NCBI RefSeq assembly: GCF_001194135.2
Contig: NC_068993.1
Span: 51,631,416 to 51,678,870, forward strand
DNA: 47,455 nt
Direction of reading: 5' to 3'
Origin: Octopus bimaculoides
Taxonomy: Eukaryota
The first letter of the stretch is position 1. Every line of letters begins with the position of its first letter. A program made the translations under genes and the position numbers. The notes under the pieces were generated by a model that was not told where the DNA came from, ran no database searches, and was given only the letters and a program-made list of their open reading frames with translations. Below are positions 21,603-34,744 of the stretch, in pieces.

Positions 21603-21673
21603 TTTGTTTCCTTCTTTCTTATGTGTGTCTCACCTTGCTAACTATCAGCCATTTTGTATATATATATATATAT

Positions 21674-21710
<37 letters not shown>

Positions 21711-22869
21711 GGTAATAATGATGATGATGTTATATTATATATATATATAACACGCATATATATATTACACGTATATCTAGGTTTATATGTGTGTGTGTGT
21801 GGGTGTATGCGTATCTATGTGTGTGCGTGTGTGTGTGTATGTGTGTATGCATGTATATATAAAGAGAGACAGACAGACAGACAGACAGAGACAGAGAGAG
21901 GTATGTAAATAAATATTTTTATAACATGTTTAAATGTAAATGTGTAAACATTCACACATGTATGTGTGCATGTGTGTGTATATACACACGCATACATTTA
22001 TTTATATATACATATATATATATGTATATGCATATATTTATACATATATATATATATGCACATAGTTAACCATATATATATATGTATATATATGTATGTA
22101 TATATAAATAAATATATGCGTGTCTATATACATTTATTTATATATACATACATATATATATATAAACATGTATATATACATACATATATATATATAAACA
22201 TGTATACACCTATATATGTGTATGTTTAACTGTATGTGTGCGTATATATATACATATATATNNNNNNNNNNNNNNNNNNNNNNNNNNNNNNNNNNNNNNN
22301 NNNNNNNNNNNNNNNNNNNNNNNNNNNNNNNNNNNNNNNNNNNNNNNNNNNNNNNNNNNNNNNNNNNNNNNNNNNNNNNNNNNNNNNNNNNNNNNNNNNN
22401 NNNNNNNNNNNNNNNNNNNNNNNNNNNNNNNNNNNNNNNNNNNNNNNNNNNNNNNNNNNNNNNNNNNNNNNNNNNNNNNNNNNNNNNNNNNNNNNNNNNN
22501 NNNNNNNNNNNNNNNNNNNNNNNNNNNNNNNNNNNNNNNNNNNNNNNNNNNNNNNNNNNNNNNNNNNNNNNNNNNNNNNNNNNNNNNNNNNNNNNNNNNN
22601 NNNNNNNNNNNNNNNNNNNNNNNNNNNNNNNNNNNNNNNNNNNNNNNNNNNNNNNNNNNNNNNNNNNNNNNNNNNNNNNNNNNNNNNNNNNNNNNNNNNN
22701 NNNNNNNNNNNNNNNNNNNNNNNNNNNNNNNNNNNNNNNNNNNNNNNNNNNNNNNNNNNNNNNNNNNNNNNNNNNNNNNNNNNNNNNNNNNNNNNNNNNN
22801 NNNNNNNNNNNNNNNNNNNNNNNNNNNNNNNNNNNNNNNNNNNNNNNNNNNNNNNNNNNNNNNNNNNNN

Positions 22870-23104
22870 GCCTTGGGTATATGCTGTGGTTTGCTGTGAT
22901 GCTCTTATGGTTACTGTATTGAAAGTGTTTTGCGTAGGATGTGTGCAGTGCCCAGTAGTGCAATTTTCTGTATGCTATATATATTTGTAAGTCCTGGTGT
23001 TTTTGTTATGTATTTGTCTGAATATGTTTTTATTATACCTAAGGCACCTACTATGATAGGAATTGTTTCTGTTTTTAGATTCCACATTCGAGTTACCTCT
23101 ATTT
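22870..23104 (-). mobile_element. 5'-truncated R4/Dong-like non-LTR retrotransposon (C-terminus of the restriction-like endonuclease region plus 3' UTR)
   Basis: Translation IEVTRMWNLKTETIPIIVGALGIIKTYSDKYITKTPGLTNIYSIQKIALLGTAHILRKTLSIQ* fits the terminal motif of RLE-bearing LINEs (E..RMW.....IPI(I/V)VGALG...IQK.ALLGTA.ILRK.L). The 5' junction abuts (AAT)n at 23107-23157 and the 3' UTR runs into a gap. Confidence 0.8.
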
Positions 23105-23106
23105 TG

Positions 23107-23157
<51 letters not shown>

Positions 23158-23299
23158 GGAGTTGGAAAAGTAGTATAATGATGCATATGAACATGATAGA
23201 CTGGTGGTGCTAGAAGAAAATAGGAACAACGGTGACGGTGTGAGATGATTCCAGTGTGTCCTTGGTGGTGGCACTTTCTGGTATAAGTGGACGTGACAA

Positions 23300-23544
23300 T
23301 CCGCCTACGATGAGCATCAACAATAACAGCTACTGCTACTACTACTACTACTACTACTACTACTGCCGCTACTGCTGCTGCTGCTACGGCGATAATATAA
23401 TTATCATTCCTTTATCACTATATTCATATTCAACGCTAATACAGATTTGTAATGGAAAGTGAAGAGGGAAAAAAGTCCATTTCAGCAGCGTCAGTAGAAA
23501 CTAAGATCGTAGTTTTGATGGTAGTAGTGGTTGCGGTGGTTGCG

Positions 23545-23638
<94 letters not shown>

Positions 23639-23674
23639 CAGAAGCAGAAGCATAAGCAGCGGCGGCGGCAGCAA

Positions 23675-23710
<36 letters not shown>

Positions 23711-23717
23711 CAGTAGC

Positions 23718-23755
<38 letters not shown>

Positions 23756-23759
23756 ATTC

Positions 23760-23794
<35 letters not shown>

Positions 23795-23900
23795 GATGAT
23801 GATCATGATGATCATGATGGAGACCACGACGGCGAGAATAGTGGTGGTGAAGGTGGGATTGGAGGGAGGAGACGGACGAGGAGAAGGTTGAGGAAGGCTT
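23300..23900. repeat. Compound trinucleotide tract: (CTA)n, (TAG)n, (GCA)n, (GAT)n
   Basis: Directly visible. It is the source of the poly-T/V/L pseudo-ORFs. Confidence 0.92.
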
Positions 23901-23995
23901 TCTGACTTGTGAGTGTTTTGTCGCAACAGCATAGAGACAAACATACATTATGTAAACACACACACAACGTACATACATATATACATATGTGCACG

Positions 23996-24050
<55 letters not shown>

Positions 24051-24417
24051 GAGTTATAATGACAAAGAACGTTGATTGGAACTGTGTGGGCGCATGTGCG
24101 CATTAGTGTGTGTGGAAGCGTATATGATATATATAAACATATCTGTATTTATATACATAGATATGTATAAATGCATACATACAGACACATGCATGCATAC
24201 ATTTATATACATACATACATACATACATACATACATACATACATGCATGCATGCGTGCATACGTACCTCTCGCGTGAAGCGTGTGTCTCTAAATAGCTCA
24301 TGTTGTGAATGAAACGGCAAAGAAGAACGCTTGATAATAAAATGATGGAGGGAAGAACAAATTCGTGCGAAAAACAATGGCGACTGCAAGATATTTGCAG
24401 CATATAACAGCTTTGGA

Positions 24418-24422
24418 TTATA

Positions 24423-24504
<82 letters not shown>

Positions 24505-24505
24505 C
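24418..24505. repeat. (ATT)n microsatellite
   Basis: Nearly pure ATT run. Confidence 0.95.
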
Positions 24506-25499
24506 ATTGGTGTTGTTTAGTGGCCAAAAAGGAAACAAAAGCGTAATTGAGTAAATTAATGATGAAAGAAATGAAAGAAATACTACTGAAAAGCAAACGG
24601 AATATCAAATATTCTATGGAATAAAAACTTGGATGAGACAATATATTCTGTCTGATCTTGTTATGATTTGTGAGGGGAGAAAGTCGTATAAGTAATGATC
24701 AAAATATACTTAACAACCATCCACATCTCATAGTTTATTGCTAATAAATAAAATTCAGCGTTGATGTTTGATCAAGTGGGCGCGCTTCAGACNNNNNNNN
24801 NNNNNNNNNNNNNNNNNNNNNNNNNNNNNNNNNNNNNNNNNNNNNNNNNNNNNNNNNNNNNNNNNNNNNNNNNNNNNNNNNNNNNNNNNNNNNNNNNNNN
24901 NNNNNNNNNNNNNNNNNNNNNNNNNNNNNNNNNNNNNNNNNNNNNNNNNNNNNNNNNNNNNNNNNNNNNNNNNNNNNNNNNNNNNNNNNNNNNNNNNNNN
25001 NNNNNNNNNNNNNNNNNNNNNNNNNNNNNNNNNNNNNNNNNNNNNNNNNNNNNNNNNNNNNNNNNNNNNNNNNNNNNNNNNNNNNNNNNNNNNNNNNNNN
25101 NNNNNNNNNNNNNNNNNNNNNNNNNNNNNNNNNNNNNNNNNNNNNNNNNNNNNNNNNNNNNNNNNNNNNNNNNNNNNNNNNNNNNNNNNNNNNNNNNNNN
25201 NNNNNNNNNNNNNNNNNNNNNNNNNNNNNNNNNNNNNNNNNNNNNNNNNNNNNNNNNNNNNNNNNNNNNNNNNNNNNNNNNNNNNNNNNNNNNNNNNNNN
25301 NNNNNNNNNNNNNNNNNNNNNNTATATATATATATATATATTTGTTTATTCTATCTATGTATCTATCTATCTGTTTATCCTATGTGTCTATTTATCTGTT
25401 TATCCTATGTATCTATTTATCTGTTTATCCTATCTATCTATCTATATATCTATATACGCATATGTGTGTGTATTATTATTGTTGTTGTTGTTGTTTATT

Positions 25500-25765
25500 A
25501 AAGGCTGGTTGATTGGCAGAGTCGTTATAGCATTGAAAATAATGCCCGGCTGTATTTAAACTAATTCTTTATATTCTAAGTTCAAAATCCGCTCAGCTCA
25601 ACTATATTTTTGGTACCCTCTTAGCAGTCAAAACCTGAGGTCTGTAGCATCGACTTTGCTTTTTTCATCTAGTCGGTATCGATAAAATAAATAAAAGTTG
25701 ATCACTGTGGTCGATGTAATCGATTAGCTCCCACAAAGTTTCAGACAGTTTGCCTTGAATAGAAT
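25500..25765 (+). mobile_element. Diverged SINE C copy with an approximately 50-bp internal insertion
   Basis: TTGGCAGAGTCGTTATAGCA...AAGTTCAAAATCCGC...[insert]...TCGACTTTGCTTTTTCATC...CGATAAAATAA...GGTCGATGTAATCGA. Confidence 0.7.
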
Positions 25766-26527
25766 CAAAATAAGTAAATTTAATCGCCACATTACTACTA
25801 GTTTTACCCCAGGCAGATCTCCCGCCAGCTGGTTGTCGGTGCGGCCCTGCACCCTGTATATATATATTGTTAGTAGGGTAGTGAACGCCTACCATCTTAC
25901 TGCAGACGACAGGATTACGAGATTGACTCAGTTTTGAGCTAGTTTGCTCATTTTCAGTCGTAAACACATGGTCGCCAGAGAGAAAACCAGAGTGCACTCC
26001 AGCCAGCAATATATTGTAAACAGGGCGACCATCAGTCACTGATTTGCAACAAGCAAAATAGCTAGTTATAAAATCTCAAGAAGCGATGAGAGTAGTAACT
26101 ATCAAAATAGCTATCATGTTAGCATTTCCCAACCGCAAGGCTCCTTACCCCCGAATAACTCGTAGTTTTGTTTGGTTTAACTGTGTTTTATAAAAGACAC
26201 TTGTCTAAAATTTGTCTTTTCTGTTTGTGCGAAACTAACCAGAAGTGATCCTAAGGTGCTAGGTAGATGCCCATTTGAAATTAAAATCGTTACATGGTGA
26301 AGAAACATCGACATTTTGAGGAAAACAAACAGAGTTTGTCGCTGCCTTTCCTGTCTGATACCAAATTACTATGACCATTCATGCTGACATAAAGCACAAC
26401 AATTTCTATAACTACAAAATCAACAGCACGTGAAACAAATCGAGACGCAACAGCCAAATTCAACGACGACATGTTATAGTGTCGACTAGAAAAACTTCGA
26501 CAACGATTCTCAGCAGCAAAAATAGTG

Positions 26528-26730
26528 GTTTCTAATTTTGATTTACAGTTTTTGGTACAAGGTGTGTGGTTTCGGGAGGGAGGCTAAGTCGATTACATCG
26601 ATCCCAATGCTCAACGGGTACTTATTTTATCGACTCCGAAAGGATGAAAGGTAAAGTCGAACTCGGCGGAATTTGAACTCAGAAGACGGACGAAATGCAA
26701 TTCAGCATTTGGCTGGGAGTGCCAACACAT
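26528..26730 (-). mobile_element. SINE C copy
   Basis: AGTCGATTACATCGATCCCA...GTACTTATTTTATCGACTCCGAAAGGATGAAAGGTAAAGTCGAACTCGGCGGAATTTGAACTCAGAA. Confidence 0.88.
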
Positions 26731-27789
26731 AGACTTCATCAGGAGAAATAATAACAGCAGAAAACACAAGGTCGGAAGTATCATTATCGCAACCACTACT
26801 TTCATTGTCAAACTAGTTCTCAATGAAAACAATAACATAAATGAATAAATAAATAAATAAATAAATAACAAAGCTAGCATAGCAGTATGTAGCAACGTAT
26901 AAAGGCCCCTGTATCATCAACATTACCATCATTACTGATAACACTACAATGAATATGACAGCCCAAAGCGATAGCATCACTAATTTTACAAATGCGAAAT
27001 CCGCAGCAAAGGGAATAACGTTGTGATACAGATTTCTATGGCAGGGAAAATGAACTAAATATTTTAAAAATCATCTATGTAAGATTTACTTTGCACGTGC
27101 TCGAACAACGTATGGAAAAGACTGCCAAGCAGACGATCAATCATTTAAAATTATTTCTCAGTGAAAAAACTGTGGTTTTGGAAATTGCTATTCTCATCCA
27201 AATGAAATCTTTCTTGCGAGAAACATGGAAACGTATAGATTTCATCAACAGGACTTCATAGTTCGGGCCCGTCAAATTGTAAGTTTTGGGAGACGGATAG
27301 ATAGGGGGAAAGATAACCGATTTGTTTCAGATATGAACATCTAGTGAGTTGTAGCGTGCATTGAGTAGTCCTTGAGGGTAGTGGCACGCTCCTATGTATA
27401 AAAAATATATCGGCAGGAGGAATGTGTTGGGAATAGGACTGAAAGTTCTATTATAAGTGAAATGAAACGCCTGAAAACCTTGTTACCACAACAGAACGTA
27501 AAAGTACGGTAGCATTCGCAGCTTTCCACAACACAAATAAGCAACGACATTAAATGCAGCAGCGTGCAATAGCAACAACTACCACCGTCAAATCCGTAAT
27601 AGATACAAAAACGAAATAAAACTACAAGCCAGCGAGCATAGCTAGGTAACGCCTGCTTTTCCTCGTTGTTTTTCATTACTGCGTAGTCGCGATCTAGTGA
27701 CACATATAGAATGTGAAAACTGAAGAAAGAAAGAGCTACACCAGCAAGCTTTTGGTATTCTTTTACCTCTGAGTACACCACAGAAACCT

Positions 27790-27895
27790 AGAAGGAAGTC
27801 CCTTGCTCAAGGACTCAACATGTCCTTCAATCCAGAAATTAAGACCACGTCTTTCTGGCTCTTAGCTAAATATCCTAACAACAAGGCCGCGTGTT
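27790..27895 (-). mobile_element. Very old tRNA-type SINE head fragment
   Basis: AAGTCCCTTGCTCAAGGACTCAAC...CCTAACAAC resembles the AAGTGTCTTGCTCAAGAACACAAC...CCTAACCAC segment at 30760-30850. Confidence 0.45.
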
Positions 27896-28394
27896 TCTAT
27901 ACATTAAAGAGTGTAGGTCTTGGTACTATGATCCTAAAACAGATGAGACAGCCACGGCTGGAATTCAAATGATTATATTCCGTCTTGGTGGAGTACATAA
28001 GAAATAAATGTTTCCATCTTCCTTTGCACTGGATACCCTGAAACAAGCGTATTCTATTGTGTGAATTCAGCTGTATGCCAAAGCATTATGGTTTCCCTTC
28101 GAGAAAAATTATTTCCGAGACTTCCAGCAATGTAGGAGGTTCTGAGAAGTAGGATAGTCTCAGCCCTTCGCCATATGGAATAAAAGAATAAGTAAAACAA
28201 AAAGAAAGCAACAAAGAAATGATGAGAACCCATTGACACAAAGTTTACCATCAGAGATGTTAAATATGTTGATCTATTTACAACACTGTAAGAATTATCT
28301 ATAAATATTTTCCTACATGTCTTATTAAATCTATGTACTTATATAGAAACTTATTTACAAACTTATATCAATATGAACGATGAAGCAGAAACAG

Positions 28395-28440
<46 letters not shown>

Positions 28441-30371
28441 NNNNNNNNNNNNNNNNNNNNNNNNNNNNNNNNNNNNNNNNNNNNNNNNNNNNNNNNNNNN
28501 NNNNNNNNNNNNNNNNNNNNNNNNNNNNNNNNNNNNNNNNNNNNNNNNNNNNNNNNNNNNNNNNNNNNNNNNNNNNNNNNNNNNNNNNNNNNNNNNNNNN
28601 NNNNNNNNNNNNNNNNNNNNNNNNNNNNNNNNNNNNNNNNNNNNNNNNNNNNNNNNNNNNNNNNNNNNNNNNNNNNNNNNNNNNNNNNNNNNNNNNNNNN
28701 NNNNNNNNNNNNNNNNNNNNNNNNNNNNNNNNNNNNNNNNNNNNNNNNNNNNNNNNNNNNNNNNNNNNNNNNNNNNNNNNNNNNNNNNNNNNNNNNNNNN
28801 NNNNNNNNNNNNNNNNNNNNNNNNNNNNNNNNNNNNNNNNNNNNNNNNNNNNNNNNNNNNNNNNNNNNNNNNNNNNNNNNNNNNNNNNNNNNNNNNNNNN
28901 NNNNNNNNTATATATTCATATATATATATATTTGCATAGATATATGCATGTATGTATATTTTTCTACACACACATATACATACCCATTTAACCATGCGTG
29001 TCTAGATGTACCAATTTATGCTTGAATCAAAGTATGTTGCAAGAATATAAAGAATATTGATCTGCAAATGTCTCTCTGACTAAAATAAAGAATTAGAAGA
29101 TTATTTTTAAACTCCATAAAGTTAGCTTTTTCTTCCATACTCTCTTTTTTCTTCCTCCTTACTCCTGTTGCTCTTCTATCCATTTTTCAGCTTGTTATAT
29201 ACGTACACACACACAAACACACACATATATATACACGTAAATATATATATAAAATTATTTGCATGTATTCATATGAGTATGTATATATGTGTATGAGGGT
29301 GTATATGTCTTTGTGTCACATACACATGCGTACATATACACATAAGCATGTAAGTATATTCGTAGATGTAAACATACATAAATCTTTAAGTATTTACGTA
29401 ATTTATTTCTAAAGTAAATATTTCGGTGTTTCTTCTTGCAGATCTTCAAGTCGCTTGTATTTATATATAATATCTCCAGAATAATTTAATCCGTTTTATT
29501 TTTGAAGAATTTCCTGCCAGTTGCTTTACATAGATCACAGTATAACCTACGTACTTTAGACTGTTGCAAAATACATACGATTTCGTTGTATTATAACATT
29601 TGCAAGACACATTAGTCATTGAAAATGTTTTGCAATTAAGAATCAGCAAGAAGGCGGGTTTTCTGAACAACCCCGTATCGTCTACAAGTTTTGATTTACT
29701 TTTGTAGTTCTATGTTCCTTCTTTTTTTTTTTTTAGGTTGTTGGAGGTGGTATTCCGCAAATACTGATTTTTTGTGATAAAACGGTTCTTACGAAGCGGT
29801 CATATTACTAAATTACTGGTTCAAATCATTGTCTTGCATTTATAAATTAAGGCATGTTAACCTAATATTTTCATTCGATCTTAGAAAAATACAATCACTC
29901 GTTACACATCAGGGAAAAGAGATTTCGATCGTACCCGCTCTTGTTATCACTAATACCTAAATAAACCATCAGAGTTGTGTGCACCGATAAAATTAAGTGC
30001 AATGTGGATGTCTTATCAGTTATTATACATTAATGGAAGCTTAGGAGCGCATGCTGACATATAGCGTGACTCGGATCATTTTAAAACTGGTCAGGTTCAT
30101 CCAAGATTTTTTTTTCTGCTGCTAATTCACACAAAAAAAATGCACCAGTAGCAAGAATATGACGCCTTGTCTTGCCACATTGACCAAGTGTACTACCCAC
30201 ACATTTTTTTCTCTCAGTGGTGCGCTTGGATTACAAATGGTATTGTAGATGTTGAAGAACGACTAACTTACGGTTAAAATTAAGCTACAGTATATGATTT
30301 CTACTATGAGTACGATCTTGTTTTGCATACACTGGTGGCTCCAATGTCAATTATATATCAGATTGGCAAAG

Positions 30372-30524
30372 CATGACTGATTGGCAAGAACATTGCTTCC
30401 AACCATATATTTCCAGGTTCAGTCCCACAGCGTGGCACCTTGGGCAAGTTTTTTCTACAATAGCCTCCGACCGAGAAAAGTCCTGCGTGTGGATTTGGTT
30501 GACATAAACTGAAAAGCCCGCAGC
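30372..30524 (+). mobile_element. SINE AB head segment ending in (AT)n
   Basis: CCAGGTTCAGTCCCACAGCGTGGCACCTTGGGCAAG...TGGATTTGGTTGACATAAACTGAAAAGCCCG. Confidence 0.85.
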
Positions 30525-30593
<69 letters not shown>

Positions 30594-30629
30594 TTACTCT
30601 CCAAGGAACAAGTCCGAGCAATGTTGTTT

Positions 30630-30862
30630 TCTGGAAAACCAATAGTCGCCCATGCATATCAGCCTCCGTGCTCCAAGCTACCGATGGGAAAGGCAAAGGC
30701 CGATACAGCACGGTACCACGGATTTCTACAGTTGTGTGAACTGGAACAACGTGAAATAAAGTGTCTTGCTCAAGAACACAACACACAGCTCGATCTGGGA
30801 ATCGAACTCACTATCTCATGATTGTGAGCCTGACGCTCAGCCTAACCACTGTGTCATGTGAT
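30630..30862 (-). mobile_element. tRNA-derived SINE (D-related), tail-to-tail with the preceding AB copy
   Basis: The minus strand has GTGGTTAGG and GAGTTCGATTCC (B-box-like). CTGGGAATCGAA and CCTAACCACTG are shared with 1378-1432, but the body differs from copy D. Confidence 0.75.
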
Positions 30863-31829
30863 TTCATATCAAGCAGCTAATTTCAGCTGTGAGTTAAACA
30901 GTACAACAGACCACATTGCAGCCAGAATATGGAAAAATTTATTACAGTGTCACTAGCATAAGTTACCTAAATCCTAATTTTCCAATTAACTTAATATGTA
31001 GTCTTGATCGTTAATATAAAGTGTATTTTCATAATGCAACAGTGATAACAAGATGGAAGATGTTGAAATTTATGCGTCTAAATAAATGTTATAAAATCGT
31101 AAATTGCAAAATTTCCACGGGTCTCACTTTTAATTTATCATTAGTAAATTTGTATCTTCTAAATATTCTAAAAACTTGCTAACCCTCATGCTTACACTCG
31201 GTATTGAATCTTTACGATTTCATGCTAATAATAAATTGAATTGCTTGACTGGTAGATCAAAGAAGTATTCGGTAGCTAACTTGAAACAATTTTAATGTCT
31301 CTACATTGCTCAATGACGCATATGATCATTGAAATGGTTGAGCATATGAAAATTTTCTTACGCTTTAAGTGATCAATATGTTCTTTAATTGATTATTTAT
31401 ATATTGAACTACTCGTTATAAAACAAAACTTTTTTTTGCTTTAATATCTATTAATTTATTGATGTACATATAGATTAATTTACAATTTAATTTCAAAAAT
31501 ATTCCTTGGTTTTTGGCAGACATAAACAATCTACATCTAGTATATATGTTTAAATTAAAAATGCGTAAGTGTATTATAAGACGATAATGTTTAAAGAACA
31601 AAAGTGTTTAACAATTCAGAATACTTCACGTGGTGTTCGGTACGCTAATATCCAATACCACCGATATATTGAGGAGTAGCTAATATACAAAGAAACAAAG
31701 AATAAGGAAGCAGAATGCAGTAAATGAAATACACGTACGTATGAAAAATAAAGTGAAATATACGTACGTTGGATAAATGTAATTATTCCTGTGATAGAAA
31801 TTGAATGGCTACTTATCTTATATATTTTA

Positions 31830-32020
31830 TTTGTTTCGGTCATTAGACTACGACCATACTGGAGTTCCGGCTTGAAGCATTTTAGTCGAGGGACTTCTTA
31901 TTTTATATAAAGCCAGGTACTCATTGTATTGGTTTGTTTAGCCGAGCTTGTAAGTTACGTGGATGTAAACGCACCACCACCGGTTGTCAAATGGGGGGTA
32001 GGGACAAACACAAAGACACA
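31830..32020 (-). mobile_element. SINE AB 3' body followed by (GT)n
   Basis: TTTGTTTCGGTCATTAGACTACGACCATACTGGAG...GTAAGTTACGTGGATGTAAACGCACC...GGACAAACACAAAGACAC. Confidence 0.8.
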
Positions 32021-32079
32021 ATCACATGCATATGCGCGCACACGCACCAAGATACACACACATGTATATGCATATATGT

Positions 32080-32122
<43 letters not shown>

Positions 32123-32599
32123 AGGGCAACTGCTGAGTGATGCCATATCCTAGAAGACGCCAGGTGGCTCTAAAACTACCTAATTTATCACATAGACACG
32201 AGCTGAAACCGAGGGAATGAACAAAATAGTTTTTATTTTTAAAGTTTTGCCATACATAGCCGATTTCTGGTTTAAGGATGCAATACCCTTTACCGTCCTC
32301 AGCATAGCATAACCGAAAGTACATAATTATATACATTCATACACACCATACGAACACAATGCATCCAAAGTGCATATACAAACGCACATATTTGTATACG
32401 AGTTAAATCTAGTTCATTCATCTCAGCCACGTGAGAATAACCAAGATAATTCAACAAAACAATCTCTTTTGTTCATTCCCTCGCTTTGAGCCCGTGTTTC
32501 AGCCTTGCTTTCCTCCCGTTGCTTTCAGCAACGTTTCCAACAATGTAATTGATAACTCTACTAGTTTAATGCTCCAACTTTAATGACAAGATCAACAAT

Positions 32600-32785
32600 T
32601 TCAAAGGACCAGTGTTAACTTGATACCATCGATTCCAGTCGTTGATTGTTACTTTATTCTATCCACTCTGGAGGGATGAAAGACAAAATTGACTACGGCG
32701 GGATTTGAACGCGGAATGCAAAGGGAGTAATAAATATTGCAAGTTTTTGATACACTAACAGTTCTGCTAACTCGCCGCCTTCGCA
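32600..32785 (-). mobile_element. Diverged SINE C copy
   Basis: ACTTTATTCTATCCACTCTGGAGGGATGAAAGACAAAATTGACTACGGCGGGATTTGAAC...TTCTGCTAACTCGCCGCC. Confidence 0.75.
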
Positions 32786-33289
32786 ATAATTGTTTTTCGT
32801 TTAAGTACAATACGTAGAAATAGGCAGATAGAGTTACTACAATCGTGACTTATACATCAATACAAAGACATGATGTTTCATTATCATTTCATGTACGACG
32901 TCAAGGTTCTTAGTTCAATCCTAGTGCTGGATATATTTTACTCCTTTTGTCCTGTTGGTGTGTAAGAGAACAAACAAATATAATAAATTGGTAATACATG
33001 GGATAAAATATATCGAGATTTATGAAGAGGAGAACTGACATCTGAACCTGTCTCTGAAGAGCAGAGGGTCAACATGAAAGGGGCACTCATCCATCTTGTC
33101 AAAATCCACCAGACATGCACGCATACAGTTGTAAACACTCACACACAAACACACACACAGTACACTGCCCTACAGCATATCGCACAACACATCACGACAC
33201 ATTACAACACAACACTACACTTCCCCAACAGACCAGTAAGTATCTATTTCTATTCTGGTAATCAAAAATATACATAGATGCACGCACTC

Positions 33290-33494
33290 AAAGCATACAT
33301 ACATACATACATGCATACATATACATATATGTGGGCATGTGTGTATCTATAATATATTTATAAATATATGTATATGGGTATATGTATATATGTGTGTGTG
33401 TGTGTGTAAGCGTAGGCATATATGTAAATACCTATATGTATTTGTGTGTATTTTATACGTATATATACGTATAAGAATATATCTATATGTATAC

Positions 33495-33568
<74 letters not shown>

Positions 33569-33747
33569 GTATATGTGTGTGTATGTATAATATATGTATA
33601 AACATATGTATATGGGTATATATATATATGTATATATATATGTGTGTGTGCATGTGTGCGTGTATGTGTGTGTATGCATGTACGTATATGTATATACATA
33701 TTTGCATGTGCGTGCATTTTATACGTTTAAGAATATATCTACATGTA

Positions 33748-33808
<61 letters not shown>

Positions 33809-34000
33809 GCATAAGTGTATACACGCACATGCATAATGATTATAAGCATGCATACAAGCATACATACATACATACATACATACATACATACATACATACA
33901 TAAATATGGACACAGATACATGCACGCAATCGTCCAAACATGTATGCATACATGCATACATAGATGCATATATACATACATGCACGCATTTCACTGCATT
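33290..34000. repeat. Extended (AT)n/(GT)n/(ATAC)n microsatellite mosaic
   Basis: Directly visible. All overlapping YI/CV/HT ORFs are artefacts. Confidence 0.95.
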
Positions 34001-34377
34001 ACATTACAGCGAATTCTAAAGACAAACGTATAGAATACAAGAATAGAATATGTTCCGTTTATTGGCCAGGATAGTAAGCATGGTACACTTATATTCTAAC
34101 ATCGTGTTTGACCATTCCTCTAGATCAATAAGTCGATAATGTGGCTCCTGATATGAAATCTCCGAGGGATTCTGAGACAACTGTATTTCCTTTGTGGTGC
34201 CATGAATGTGAAAGTCTAAATCGATGATGGGATATTAAAAAAAAATGTTTACAGCCTTATATCATTTCAAATATTTCTCAGTCTCCATTTCTCAGCTCAA
34301 AATGTAACAAGGACAATCGCTAATGAAAACAATCCCGTACGAGTTTTATTATTGTTATTATTACTACTGTTATTATT

Positions 34378-34520
34378 ATCAAGGCGTTGAGCTGGCAGAA
34401 TCGTTAACACGCTGGATGAAATGCTTACGTTCTGAGTTCCAATTCCGCTGAGGTCGACTTTGCTTTTAATCCTTTCGGAGTCGATAAATTAAATACCGGT
34501 TGATTACTGGGGTTGATGTA
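34378..34520 (+). mobile_element. SINE C copy with an internal deletion, preceded by (TTA)n
   Basis: AAGGCGTTGAGCTGGCAGAATCGTTAACACGC...TGAGGTCGACTTTGCTTTTAATCCTTTCGGAGTCGATAAATTAA. Confidence 0.88.
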
Positions 34521-34717
34521 AAAAAAAAATTGTCATTTTTTCCCAACCTTGAAGGGAATATATTTTTTTCAGATTCCCAAGTTACTCTCCAAAGTTTGAG
34601 AATACTTTCCAAAGATGTCCATCAGCATGTTTAATGTATTTTTTCTTCAATGGATCTATATTTTTGTACGTTGATTCATGCTCTTAAATTAAGTAATTCA
34701 ATTTCTATTTTCAATTT

Positions 34718-34744
34718 CTCTAACGCATTTTTTTTTTCTTTAGG
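34718..34744 (+). other. Candidate 3' splice site (branch point, polypyrimidine tract, TAG|G)
   Basis: CTAAC at 34720-34724, T-rich tract, AG at 34742-34743. No convincing donor or ORF follows. Confidence 0.3.

Noticed and set aside
25968-26031. 9-bp inverted repeat ATGGTCGCC/GGCGACCAT near a TACAGGGTG-like end at 25846-25856
   Set aside because: There are no snoRNA boxes, no extended hairpin and no matching second TIR. It is compatible with chance.
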